A stretch of DNA of 64,000 nt from the human T2T-CHM13v2.0 reference genome, Homo sapiens: NCBI RefSeq assembly GCF_009914755.1, contig NC_060927.1. One strand, 5' to 3'. A program made the translations under genes and the position numbers. Positions within the stretch are counted from its first letter, which is position 1. The number at the start of each line of letters is the position of its first letter. This document shows positions 32,183 through 46,280 of this stretch, piece after piece. The notes beneath the pieces were generated by a model. It ran no database searches. It was not told the DNA's origin and worked only from the letters and a program-made list of their open reading frames with translations.

Positions 32183-34422
32183 GAGGGGACAGATTAAGGG
32201 AGAAGAGTTGGGAAATGAATTCATACGAAAACGGTGGATACTGACTTAAAATTCAGGGTTTGGTGTGATATTTAGTTTTAAATTCTCATACACAACATCC
32301 TTGTGGGTGATTTAGACTGAGAGTCTCAGTGAAATGAGTTTTCAGTCAGGATGATTAAGTTGGGCCACAGAATCAGTTTCCCAGAGAGGTCTAAAACCTG
32401 ACAGAAAATATGTCTTGTTTTTGTCTCTGCTATTTGGCAGAAAAATCCCTGATGTTATGAAAGTCCAGGTATTAAATTAATAAATTTTTATTAAGATACT
32501 GCCATTGTCCCCAATGAGTATATAAACCACAATTTCAACATTTAAACTAAATCTTGAAGGTGAAATTGCTTATTAAGAGTAAGCTACAGGGACTATCCAG
32601 GAGAAGAAACAAGATAAAAAAAGATAAGTCCTTCTGTTCTAATAAAAACTCAACTACTTAATTATTGAAAACCTTAAGAAAAAAAAAAGGTATGAGGGCA
32701 AAAGGAAGCTGCCAATCACATGAGCAAGCCAACATTGTCAGGAGCCTCTAATAAAATAAACAAAACAACCACAACACAATGGTCCTGAGCTAAGACCACT
32801 GTGCACATATGCACAGAGCTATTGCCAAATCTAAGTGAGTCACAACCCAGGTACAATCAGTGTGCTTTTAATTATGCATCCTGCATAATTGACCTTATGT
32901 GTCATTACTTGAATGGCTTTCTGGTACCAGGACATCCAGCTTCCCTGTGAATTCCCTCTGACCCCACCAGAAAAATCCCATAATCATCTGTCTCCCTGGC
33001 AGGACATCATCAAAATTCAAACTGGGAAAGGGAAACCACTTTCAAGCCACCTGTACAGAACTCTCACTGATCACAGATGTTAGCAGCACTTTACATCCAA
33101 CAGCAGCCCTTGGCCGACAGCTCCCAAATTTTGTACAGCAACTGCCAGTGTGTGCCAGCAATGCTGTGAAAACCCTCAACCCTGTCCTGGCACAGAAATC
33201 AGGTAAGGACAAGCCCCAAGCTGGGGGCTTATTATTTTCTAACCCAGCAACACATCACTCTCTTAGCTTGTGGTAATTAAGAACCAGCAGACTATGGGTA
33301 AAGCAGTTGAGAGCTTCTTTCTTAGGAATGCAGCCCAAGTAATTGGCTTGCTGCTTGCTAATGATATGGCTTCTGCAAAAATTAACTGTCATAGGGAATT
33401 CTCTTAACTGACTTGGTGAATGCAGGTTCAATACCTATTTGATAGCCTTTGGGTTCACCAGGTAATTCCAAAACACTTGGGGGAAACAGAAATGCAAATG
33501 AATTACAAAAATCCTTTGCACACTAAATTTAAATGGAATGCAAAATGGAAAAGAACACCTTGCTACTTGACGTCATGCTACCTGTGCAAAACTACTATGT
33601 CTCCCTCAGCACACTCCTTGTTAAGACTCCATTCCATGTAGGGTGTGTAAAATAAGCCCATGTATCAACATAGCATGGCTGGGGTTGGGGAGAAAAAAGG
33701 AGGGTTCGTGCTAACTCAAGCTTATGAGACACATCTTCTGGATTTCCTTCCATTTCTCTGAAGGCGGATGGGTTACTGGCTATGACCAAGGGACAGGGAG
33801 ACACACATGCGCACATGCACACACTTTGGCATCTTTGTGGTTCCAATGTGGGCACCAACCAGCACTTTTCTGCCTGGACGTTAACACACACTGACAAGGA
33901 AACCAGCCCTGAAGTCAAAGTTCCAATCACCACGGCACTATGCCATCGGAATCACATCAATTATTGCAGGTTTTTCTCTTTGGAGAACTTAGGAGTGAGG
34001 TTTAAAATGCAGGAAGCTCCCTCTCTCATCTCCTTAATAAACTTCTGCCTCATGCTGCCAGGCTTGGAGACAGGTGGAAAGAATTCAGCTGCAGCGCCGT
34101 AAGCCGCAAAGTTTTCAAGGTTCTCCCTTCCTGGATGGCACGAGGCTGTACATTTTCCCTCCCCCAAATCTTCTAAACCACATGGAAACATCCCTCTTTA
34201 TCCTAATGTTAATGAATTGGGAAGCCCCTTCCACCCAGATCAATTTCACAGGCACTGGAGTTCCAGATGTTGAGTTAAGCAGCATTTTAATTTGTCATTA
34301 GTGCCCCGGGAGCATAAACCCATACCACCAAGCAAAACACTATAGCCTCTAAGCTATTAGCTAACATGTCAACTAGGTAATGCATCTTCAGGGAAACCAG
34401 ATTGGAAAGGACAGCAAAACAT

Positions 34423-34426
<4 letters not shown>

Positions 34427-34463
<37 letters not shown>
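34427..34463. repeat. Poly-T run (~37 nt)
   Basis: Read directly from the sequence; not attached to a recognisable Alu. Confidence 0.9.
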
Positions 34464-34467
<4 letters not shown>

Positions 34468-35112
34468 ATCCTATACCTGCAGCATAATGCTGCTAAAGCT
34501 GGCAAAACAACAAAGGACATTTCTACAGCAAGGAAATGTCCTATTCTCAGTGCTGGGGCAGTGAACATTGTTCCATCTGAGCATGGTCACATATATGGGG
34601 CAAAGCAATTCTTCCTTAAACCTACAGGCTTTTTATTTTGTAAATAATTCATCCTCCGGCGCCTAAGAAAGCTAAGGGAGAGAATGGGTAGACATGTGAA
34701 CGGCTGGGAACACCAGTTGAGAGCAATGCTACTCACGGAGCAGGTGGAGCTTTCTTTTTTTCTCTCCTTCCAAAGGAAACAATAGCATTTGTATCAAGTG
34801 AAAACGGCTAAGAAACTCATCCCTTTGAAGGAGAGTGTGGATGCATTTGTATAGAGAAGATTTCAAACATGCATTCTTTATCCTGGCTCCTGCAGCCTGC
34901 CCACAAATCACTATACAGTTAAAGACAAGCCCAAATACCTTGTATAACAAACAGATCCCCAGAACTTAAGAAAATGAGCCCCGGCTCCTGTCTCCCCCAT
35001 CCACTGTAAAACACATTTAGTGAAGTGAAGCCACACAGAGTACCCTCCCACCTCCAGCCCCCCACCATCCACCCCAGCCCCAACAAGCACCAAGTAACTG
35101 ACAAGTCCTTAC

Positions 35113-35144
35113 CGACTTTGGGCTCTTCTTGGGAACTGGCAGCC
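35113..35144 (-). CDS. MAGI1: MAGI1 32-nt small exon (G)LPVPKKSPKS
   Basis: ttttttccag|GGCTGCCAGTTCCCAAGAAGAGCCCAAAGTCG|gtaagg. Phase 1 in and phase 0 out bridges the flanking exons. Branch-point-like TGCTAAT at 35185-35191 and a pyrimidine tract. Not in the ORF track. Confidence 0.95.
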
Positions 35145-38100
35145 CTGGAAAAAATGCAACAAGGAGGGGAGGGGGGAAGAAATCATTAGCATATAAATGT
35201 TACCTTTTCCTTAAAGAACAATCCCCAGGTGTTCCATGGCAACCTAGCCATCTGCAGAGTTATGTCAGATTTCTCCCCAGCATCGGAGTTACCAGGCTGT
35301 TCATATCGAATCAAAGCAGAGGGAGGAGGAGAGCGAGAGGCAGGAGATCTATCTGCATTAGCTATGCTGACTTGTACTGCAGCAGCCTGGAGGCTGGGAA
35401 AAGAAATTCACAGACCTCAGCGGCCTGGGAAATTGAACACTTGGACAGAATCTCAAATGCTCTTCTGGATTAAGAGAGACTTAACTTACAATTAAGTCCA
35501 GGTTATTTCCTTTCCACACGATCCACTTGTCAATTGAAACGGACCAATCAGGACAGAGGAAAGGGTATATATTTAGTTTCAAAGGAGTACATGGTTAAAA
35601 TTAAAAAAATTTTTTTGGTCTTTTCTTTTTTTTTCCTCTGCCTTTCGGAAGAGGAAATGCTTTCTTTATTTGGATGAGCTCAATACCAAAACAAAGACGG
35701 ATGCTCTTTTGCCAACACAGAATGCTAACAAATGAACACAAATCCAAGTTGCTCTAGGGTCCCCTCTGGATCATCAGCACATGTCTGTCTCAACGTCTGC
35801 CAGTCATCCAAGCAACCTCCTACTCACAGCTTGTTGGAAAGGAATGGAGCAGGATTAGCCCTCAGGAGGGAAAGCATGTCATTTGGGAGTGAAAAAGAAA
35901 AATTGCACAAAGCTGAAAGAAAAAGATAATAATGGAGAAAGAAAGGCAAAGGTGGTCATTGAATCCAGCTGGCTCTTCCAAAACCCTGTCCTTAGTGGGA
36001 GGGCTGGAGCTGGAAGGGACAAGTGATCTCCTCAATTCTAGGGAAGTCAGGAGCAATTGGGGGCAGACTTATGGGAAATCTACCACCAGGGAAGGGTGCG
36101 AAAGACAGGCGAGAAAGGAAAATAAAGCGTACACTGGTGTTTCAAAAGTAATCATTTCTGCAAGCTGTTGCCTCTTTTGATTTTTTTCTTTGGGCAGGAG
36201 TTAGAATGCAAAATACAGATTCTATCTGTATAAAGCACACAAGAGATGCTTGGGATCTGGTGATGCTGCACCGGAGATTTCAACCTGTTTTTCAAAGTGA
36301 TTCCTAGGGAGTGTGACGATCTCAACTCTTTTGGAAGTGACTTGTCAAACCATGAGCCATGCTGAGTTCAGCACAAGTAATATGAGGCGAGGCAAGGCAA
36401 GTGGGTGAGTAAGGAGGAAGCAGCCCAGATGAGCCGGCAGAGTGCCCACTGGGAGTGAGGCATGATGAGGATTACTCGTCGTGGGAGGCATGAGGGCACT
36501 CTCTGGCAAGGTTCCTTGCATCACCAAAATGAGGTCACCATGGAAGCCTGGCTCCCAGACCTCAGAGGGCATAAGGCACACTCAGTAGTTTGTCAGAAAT
36601 GCAGCAGCCCAGGTCCCACCACTGGGGGCCGAGGAATCTGCAGTATTAACAAAAATTCCAGGAGATTCTGATACAGAGAATCTGAGGACCATATTTAAGG
36701 AAACTCTGATATGGTAGAGTATTACTCTTTCAAATCAGGCAAACTCAGATAGGCATCCTTTAACAAAGTGCTTTGGGGCCCTCTCTGTCTCAGTTTCTCC
36801 ATTTATAAAGGGAAAATAGTAAGACTCACTTCACAAGATTATTAAGATAATGAAACAAGAGAAAATGTTTAAAAGCCTCCTACCTGGCACAGAGGAGTTA
36901 CTCAAATGTCTACACCTTTTCACCCTCCTTAGCTAATTTACATCATTCAGAAAGGAAGTGGTATAGTTATCTTGCACTAACTAGAGAAAAATCATCTGCT
37001 AAGCATATTAAAATATAAAAAAGATTATAGGAGAAAATATTTTACCTATGGATACAAATAACTGTGTTGAACAATTTTGATATGTCTTTATTTTTTAAAA
37101 TAACGATTAAGTGCTTTTTTTGGCTTATTAATATGATTCCCTTAAGAAATTTTATTAGGTTGTATAAGTGTGGGTCACTGTATAAACTTCAAAATTATAT
37201 AAGATGACATCTTTAAATTCATATTTTCTCCTAATTCAGAGAGACCTTCTTAGTTAATTGGAATCAGCAAGGTTTCACCATAGTTATCTTTTACTGCACT
37301 TGACTCTGCCCAGGATCCCAATGACCTACATGAAAATTTGGAAACAATCCCCCATTAGGTAAGTAGAGTCAGGGAAAATGGTTTCAATCTATACTCTGCT
37401 AATCATTTGTAAGACTCTGGCTGATCTTCAAATCCCTTCTCTTAAGAGCTTCATATATAAAATAAAGGGCATTTTTCATTCTCTAGCAATGCACATTCAA
37501 AGGTGCATTCACAACGATGTTCAGTGCAATATTGTTGGTAGAAAAGAGAACTGGAAACAACTGGAAATTCTAAAAAACTGTGGGGCAGCCAACCTACAAA
37601 GCTAGGTTAAAAGGAATGAGCTATCTCTACAGGTAACAACATAGTCTTTAAAACATAATGTTCAGTAAAATGCCACACTGCAGAATGGCAGGCACAGCAG
37701 GAGACAGGTGTTCCACACACTCAAACACATGTGTGGCTTTTGCCTTCCATGAACGTCCACATCAAATGGATAATGGGGATATGTTCAATAGTGGCAAGGA
37801 GGGGCAAGGATCAGAGGGACTCATTTAAGGAGACTTTAGCCTTATTTAGAATTCTTTTTTAAGACCAGCATTTTCACATATCACTGATGCAATAAAATAC
37901 TAATTCAAAAATAAATATTAATTAATTAATGGCCCCTTCATTGTTAACTACACAAAGCCAACCAGTCTGAAGGATATGGGGGTAACCAGTTGAGGTCTGT
38001 TTCCTCTGAGGAAGTAGTCCATGGAATATTCCAGAAGATCCCAGCTCAACTGACACAACAAACCGTATATTACAACAAATAAGAAAACCTTTGTTTAAAG

Positions 38101-39256
38101 AGGCATTTGTTCCTCTTTGCCGGCTAGTTGCTGAAAACCTTCATTTTAAAAAGCCACACCTTTTACAGCAGCCCAAAAGCAGGTTACGACCACAAATTAA
38201 TATTTAAATAGTCAAAATCAAGAGACTCCACTTGATTGCTTTTTAAAAAAAGAACTCAAAGATTTGTTTTAGGCCCACATGGTCATTAAATCTTAAAATC
38301 TAATACATATGAATGCTGGAAAAACCTTACTAGTTTATAATTTATTTTAGCCCAAACTATTCAGATGGATTGAAAACAGCTGGGAGACCTAACAGAAAAG
38401 ACTCAAAAGGTCACTGCTTGCCAAGACAGAATGCTCCAAGACCTATCAAAGGAGATAGCGAGTATGTAACTGGTTAACTGCAGACATATCCCTACCAGCC
38501 AGGCCATAGGAAGCAACATCATCCCATACTTCATGGCATACCAGTGGTCTTCCCTAGACAAGCAAACACTTTGTATGCCTTGTGGCAGCAGGAAGTCTGT
38601 GTTCTACAAATCATGTCACATATCACATATAAGGCATACATATAAGGCATACGGCACCTGTCTTAATGGGCTTGTCTGGTCCATTCAGGGTAAGGAAGGG
38701 GAACTCTCAGAAGAGGCAGAAGAAAGAGTTTATGGATGGCAGCATCCGCTCTTAGGGCCTTAGAAGGCAGCAAATATTACTTCTAAGGGATCCCAGAAAA
38801 CTATTCCAGGGAAGTGTATGTTCAAAGTGTGATCTGCAGGAGCGAGAAAAGCTTGGGACTTGAGTATCTAAAGTTCTCTATTAAAATGGTGTCATTTTGG
38901 AAAAAACGAATGGCAAATTCTTTGCTAGTGACTGGGACCTGACCAACTAATGTAAGGAGGAGAAATCTGTTTTCCTCTAAATATCAAGGCCATAAACTAT
39001 AACTAAATGGCAGAATGTCATAGTTGGTGAAATTTTATAATGCTTGTACACAAATAATTTATATGAAAAAAGTAAAGCTGTAACAGAATACATACCATTT
39101 TGCAAAGAAAGGCTAGAAGGTTATGTGCGAAAACAGTATTTTCTTTGGCTCATGGGATTATGCGTGGCTTTATTAACTATTTTTAGTATCTCTACATCAA
39201 GAAAAGCTTTATTTATTTATAAATACACACATACATATCCACAGATACCACAATAA

Positions 39257-39699
<443 letters not shown>

Positions 39700-40419
39700 T
39701 CTATACTGCTTTTTAAGATAAATGCAGCATATTTCAGAACATTTTGTTGCATTTTAAAATCCCTTGAGCATCATTGATCTCTATATCCTCCAAGAGTTGC
39801 TTACTTTTCCCCAAAATGAATGCATACATATAGTTTTATTAAAGAACCCTCATAGATTAGGACCTGTGCTTGTCCTACTGATTAAATGTAAATACGGAAG
39901 AAGTAGGAGAGCTCAGCTGGGCTGTTGGGGAAACCAAGCAGAAGCCGAGCATTGCCATTTCAGCACTGAGACAAACAAAACCTGAGTTGCTGGGAAAGAG
40001 AGTGGACCTCTCTGGACCTAATTTCCTCCAGGTTTAAAGGAAGTGGGAATGCCAACCAACCTCACTAACTGAATGAATCAAGAAAAACTGCACAAAGAGG
40101 CTTTGAAAGGGTGAATCCTAAAGTGTCTGTCACATACAAAATGGATCTACGCATAAGAAAAATGTACTATTTTTGTCATCAATTTACATTTTTTCATTGT
40201 GATATTCATTCCCCTCTGCATTTGGGTCTCCCGACTTCAGCATTTTAGTGGAAACATTTTGCTTTCCTCCTAAGCATTCCAACAAATGCTGTGTCACTAA
40301 TCCACATGTCACTGAACACATGGGATACCTTACAGTTTCGCAAGGCAAATGTTGCAATAAAAACTGAAAAACTGTCCTGGAGTTGGATTAGGTAATACAG
40401 TGTGCAAGGGGCAGGGAAC

Positions 40420-40515
40420 TGTGTGTGTGTATATATATGTATACACACATACACACACAGTTATAGATCTCTCTCTCTCTATATATATATATCGAGGGGG
40501 AGAGAGACAGAGAGA
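40420..40515. repeat. Compound TG/TA/CA/TC/GA microsatellite
   Basis: Read directly from the sequence. Confidence 0.85.
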
Positions 40516-40744
40516 GTAGGAGCTAGAGAGGGAGTCATCAGGGACCACTGAAAGCCACTGAAAGAAAATGACTGTGAGGTCTTGGTCAAGGGCTGGTCTT
40601 AGATACCAAAGAAGATAAAAGTACTTCTGAGCACAATCTCAGACCACATGAGCCTTCTCTGTTATTCGAAAACCTATCAATGCATAATTCTAAATGTAGG
40701 ACTTTAAATTTACAATTAATTTTAACTCAGTAAACTGATCATTA

Positions 40745-41242
<498 letters not shown>

Positions 41243-44200
41243 TCAGTGATTGGGGGAAATAATAATGATATAAGACATGAACAGCAGGGTAAAAACTGTG
41301 CATAGAATATATAAACTCATTGTTAAAAAGTGGATATACATATATATTCACACACATCATATACCCAAAGACTAAAGGAAATGCACTAAAATATTTTTCT
41401 AAACACTAGGATTAATAAGTAATTCATATTCTTATTTTCAGTATTTTCAAAGATTGCTGGATTTTACACATAATGTGGCAATAATCATCAACAGGATCAG
41501 TACTGCAGCCAATATGTAGCATGCCTGGACAATGGCACATACTGGCCTTAGCGCAGTGCTAGATTAAAAAACAACTGGAGTTTGTTCTATCTCTCCTTTG
41601 GCTCAATGACTTACTACCATTCTACTCAAGTGTTTATGCTCCTAAATTACTGGGTCATGGCCTTGATTGAAAAATGTGACACAAAGCTGTTATAGCCCCT
41701 CTCAAGCAAAGCTGCACAGAAGCACATAATTTTGCATATAATTTCAGGGAGTCTTTGAAACCTTCACTAGTGACCCTCAGAAACCCACTCTATTGGGGCC
41801 TATAGTCCTTAAGTTAAATCATCCTTGTCCAAGTATATGGCTATAGCATTAGAAGCAATTCCTAGGGTGAGATTTACTTTAGCTTAGCTTTTATTTTCAG
41901 TAAGAGCAGCATATAAGTAGAGGGGCCAATGGGAAGGATCAAACAGAAAGGTAAAACTTGCATTGCTTACTTCGCCTTCTTTCTTGGAAAGATTTAAAAG
42001 ACACATCTGAAAAAATTATGAGGAGAGGAACTGTATTAAAGAACACAGGTAATTTTCAGCAAAAGTGCTGCTCCCTGGTAAAAGGAATGTGCCTCCTAGG
42101 CCATGCTTTTATTTGTTGGGGGTAGTAGGTTGATGAGTCAAAACAGTAAGAGATTATCGAGGCAAAGTCGCAATGGGGTGCAGGAAAGACAAATTGAGAA
42201 CAATCTGAGACTTCCCCAGCCAATCAGAATTGATGATTATTTGACTGCAATCCAGTGGTTCTAAACAATGAACATCAATGGCCGGCAACCCTTCTAAAAA
42301 AAAGCCATCTGCATCATTTCCTGCCAACCAGTTTTTTGTTTTCTTTGTTTAATAGAGAATATATAAGCCATGAAATAAATTTAAACTGTTCTCTCTGTAC
42401 CAATAAAAAGCTAACGACAGTCCAGAAAACAGGAAAAGGTACATTCAGCCTTCACAGTTTCCACTGAGGGTAGGAAGGAAAACAGGGAAAATTCACTCAC
42501 TCATGTAACCAAACTGTGCTGACAGCCTAGGAACTGGCATGAAATAAAGCAATGGGCAAGACCTACAGGGTCCTGCTTTCACAGCGCTCACATTCTGTGG
42601 GGAGACAGAATAAACAACTTAGCAAACAATTTCAGAGAGTGGTAACTTCTGTGATGAAAATGACGCAGGACAATGGAACAGGCTGTGCCGGGGATGCACA
42701 ACTACTTTATGTTGGGTGATCATGCAAGCCTTTCTTGAAGAGACCGTATTTGAGCTAAGAGCTGAAGTATGAGAAGGAACCAGTCATGAGACCATTCATT
42801 CATACAAGATTTATTGAGCTCTGCCATATGCCTAGCAAAGCATCACTAAGAGATAAAAGTAAATCAGACATGGCCCCTGCCCTGGAGGAGCTCATAGTCT
42901 ATTTTAAAAGAGAAAAAGCAAAGCAACCGTTTTATAATTCACAGTGGTAAGTGTTACATGCCAGGAGAGAAGGGAGCACTGTTGCTTTCAGGAATACAGG
43001 GAAGAGAAATCTAATCCGATATGAAGAAGGGGGCAGAGGGAGGAGCTGAAGTGAAGAATGGCTAGCATTTAATCGTGGGGTGGGGGAGTGGGTGGAAGCA
43101 CATGCAATGATTGATGCTTGAGTGAATAATGATGATAAGCTTTTCTTGTTGTTGTTTTGTTTTAGCTAAATCAGTGTACCAGCATAAACTCAAGGCCAAG
43201 CTGAAACCAGAGTACATTTTCACTGAAGGACTTTATAAACACTATATATCACAAAATTGAATCCATAAAAAGGAATGAAAAAACGATCCCAGTTTGAACA
43301 TGTTTCATTTTTTTTTTCTCCTTCTTCTGGCTAAATACCATCATAACCCCGTAGCATAATTTTTCAATACAAATATGATACCAGCTGCCAAGAACATAAG
43401 TATCAGACCCAATGTCTCCAAAAAGATGAAGACATTCTTTCCTTTGGGGACTTAATAATGGTCATTATGAAGTATTTTGACCATCATAATTTAGAGAGAT
43501 AGTTGGACTTCAGATGTCTGAAATAAGTAGCTCCCAAGGCAGTGTCAGCTGGCATTTTGTGAAGAAGATTAAGAACATAGTTGTACTGGTTTTACAGCTA
43601 CAGAGAAGTCTGCTTCAATTACACAGTACACATAGTCTAATAAATATGTCCCAGTAGAAATAAATGGCTTGCAAAGATGGTGATTCCTGATGGCTTACAG
43701 AGCCTTTCACCTCAAAGTCACAAGCCTTGACCTGGCACAGGTAAGAAAGACCTAAAGTCATAAATACCTTGGACTGCTCAAAGACCTGGGTAAGATGGAT
43801 GAATTGTCTCCATGCAATTCCTGAGAAATAAATGGTCACTCCAGAGAAGGTGTCATTGAAATGATATGGATGATCCTATTGTTGCTACTCTTGAAAACAT
43901 GTGAAGTATGCCTAAAGGTTGAAAGCTTAGTGCAAAAATAACTAAAAAGTATTCAGAGCCTGTCTTTGACATAAATTTATTCTTCGTACCTGCACTCTAA
44001 GTACTAATATCTTCTCATTCTGCAGAAGAGAAAACCAAGACACTGATGGTCAAGTAACATGGCCAATGTCACACAGTCAGGTGAATAGCTGGGGATACTT
44101 GGTCTAAAACCAAGCCTGTGCTTTTAAACTATATGCTGTCATTCAAAGGTTCCTTAATTATTTTGGTTTAGAGTCTACTACGATAAGATTAATCCTATAG

Positions 44201-45529
44201 CCATTCATACATACCAAATGCATTTACAGAAAATTTTTAATATAGCTTTATGAAATACATGGACCTACCACTGACAACTGCTAGGTCAACGGGGTCAAGG
44301 TATCTAGGGCTCATAACTGCGACATGCATTTGGGAAGACAGTTCTTTTCTACAGATAGCCGAAGAGTGTATGCACAGTCAATCAATTTCTTAACACATCC
44401 CTGATATTTTACTCCAAGTCTCAGTACCTAAATCACTGGTCATTCAAGGCTACACATGCTAAAAATACAACGAGATCAGTCTCTGATTTGGGACAATGAA
44501 GCATGTCTTTAAAGCTACACAACTAACAGGTTGACTGGCCACAAAAACTCAGTTTCAAAGTGGGCAGGAGCTTTTTCTAGCTTGCAAATGTTTCCTGACG
44601 CTACCTAATAACAAAATTTCTTTTTTATTAATGGGCTTAGAGAAAAGATATGGAATGAGTCAGAAGTGGAGTGAACTATGGCATCTTCTCTCCAGAAAGG
44701 AAAGAAAAAGAACCGTTAACTTAAAACAACCACTAATTTGTCAAGATGTACCTACCACGAGGTCAATCTTTCTACCCTAGGTAATATTCCTACCAAGATC
44801 TACTTTTTAAGGGTAGAATTAAGCTAGTTTCTCATATGGTTCTAGGAAAGCTCTCTAACTTTATGTAAGTTAAAAATATTTGTAATTGTGGCATTTAGAA
44901 GTCGGGTCTTGTCTTCATCTAAAAATGCTTCTACCTCTAAGGAAGACTCCTTAACTACCATACCGACAACTTGAGGCTTCTAGTACCTATATTTCAAATT
45001 TGAATTGCTTTTTATGCAAATACTTAAGGGTTGACCATGTAACCCATTCCTCTTATCAACAGCTCATTCACAGAGGTCTCCCTAAGATAGGTGAAACTAT
45101 GGTGGCCTGATAGCCCCATGCAGTTCCTACAAATTTGAGAGGGTGATTTTTAACTACATAGGATGTACGGGGGGATTATGAAACAATAGCTCAAAATAGC
45201 TCACCAAAAGAAAACACTGATAAGGATTCCTTTTCTGGGTTGGAAAAACAGGATGCTGTGTGGGCCCTTATTTTAAGGTCACCGGCCCCAAAGGAAAACC
45301 TATCACTGTAATTGGTGCTGAGAAGCTTGTAGGTTAAAAAATACATGCTGGGGCCCTTTTCTTTTGCATTGCTGACTTTTAGGTTGTTTCTTATCCCAAC
45401 TGCTTATTTTTAGTAATGTAAGTTAGGCTCAGGACCAAGATAGAAACCCAGAATAATATCCGGGCTTTTAACCTTATAGGACACCAAACCCCTGAAACCT
45501 AAGACCCTGCCTGAGGCTTCTTTTTCTCT

Positions 45530-46280
45530 CTCCCACCATATCCGTCTCCAAACGCATTCTGAATCCATCCAAGTTCATCTCCACTGCCACTACCTTCTCT
45601 TGCCTAGATGACCACATGAGTCCAGAAACTGGTCTCTGCTTTATGGTTTATCCTCTTTATTATCCGCACCGAGGCCAGAGACAACTTTAAACGGCAGAAA
45701 TCAGATTGTACTGTCTCCTGGCTCCATGTCCCTATGGCTTCCCAAAACCATTTCAATTAAAGACAAACTCTTTGTTCAGTGTCCCACTAAGCCCTCCTGG
45801 ATGTGACCCCTCCTATCTCTTTACTTCCTCCTCCTGGACACACACTCCAGCCAGGTTGGCACCCTCCACTGCGGAACTGCCTCCTTGCAATTCTCTGGGC
45901 ATTTTCTCTGGCTGCTCCCTCTGCCTGGAACTCTATGCCTGCAGATCTATGTGTGGGTGGCTCCTGCCTTTCACTCAGGACCCTCCTCAAAGGTGACTCC
46001 TTCAGAGAGCCAACCAGAGATCCAGGCAGGCTACCAGCAGATCTGAAGTGGCCCTTTTCTGACCCACTTTATTCACACAACCCAGTGTCTTTGTTTTCAT
46101 TGAGCCTATCACTCTCTAAAATGACCTTGTTTACTTGTCTATTATTTATATTGTTTATTGTTTACTTATTGATTGTCTCTATTTCAGGGACCTATTCTAT
46201 TTTATCGGTCTATCCCTAGAACAGTATCTGGTCAACAGTTCAATAAACACCTGTATCTCTCAAATGCATGTATGAATGTG
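45530..46280. mobile_element. L2 LINE remnant
   Basis: catctccactgccactacc...ctggctgctccctctgcctggaac...tagaacagtatctgg...caataaacacctg; approximate limits. Confidence 0.65.

Noticed and set aside
40420-40515. Apparent double hairpin
   Set aside because: Explained by adjacent complementary microsatellites.
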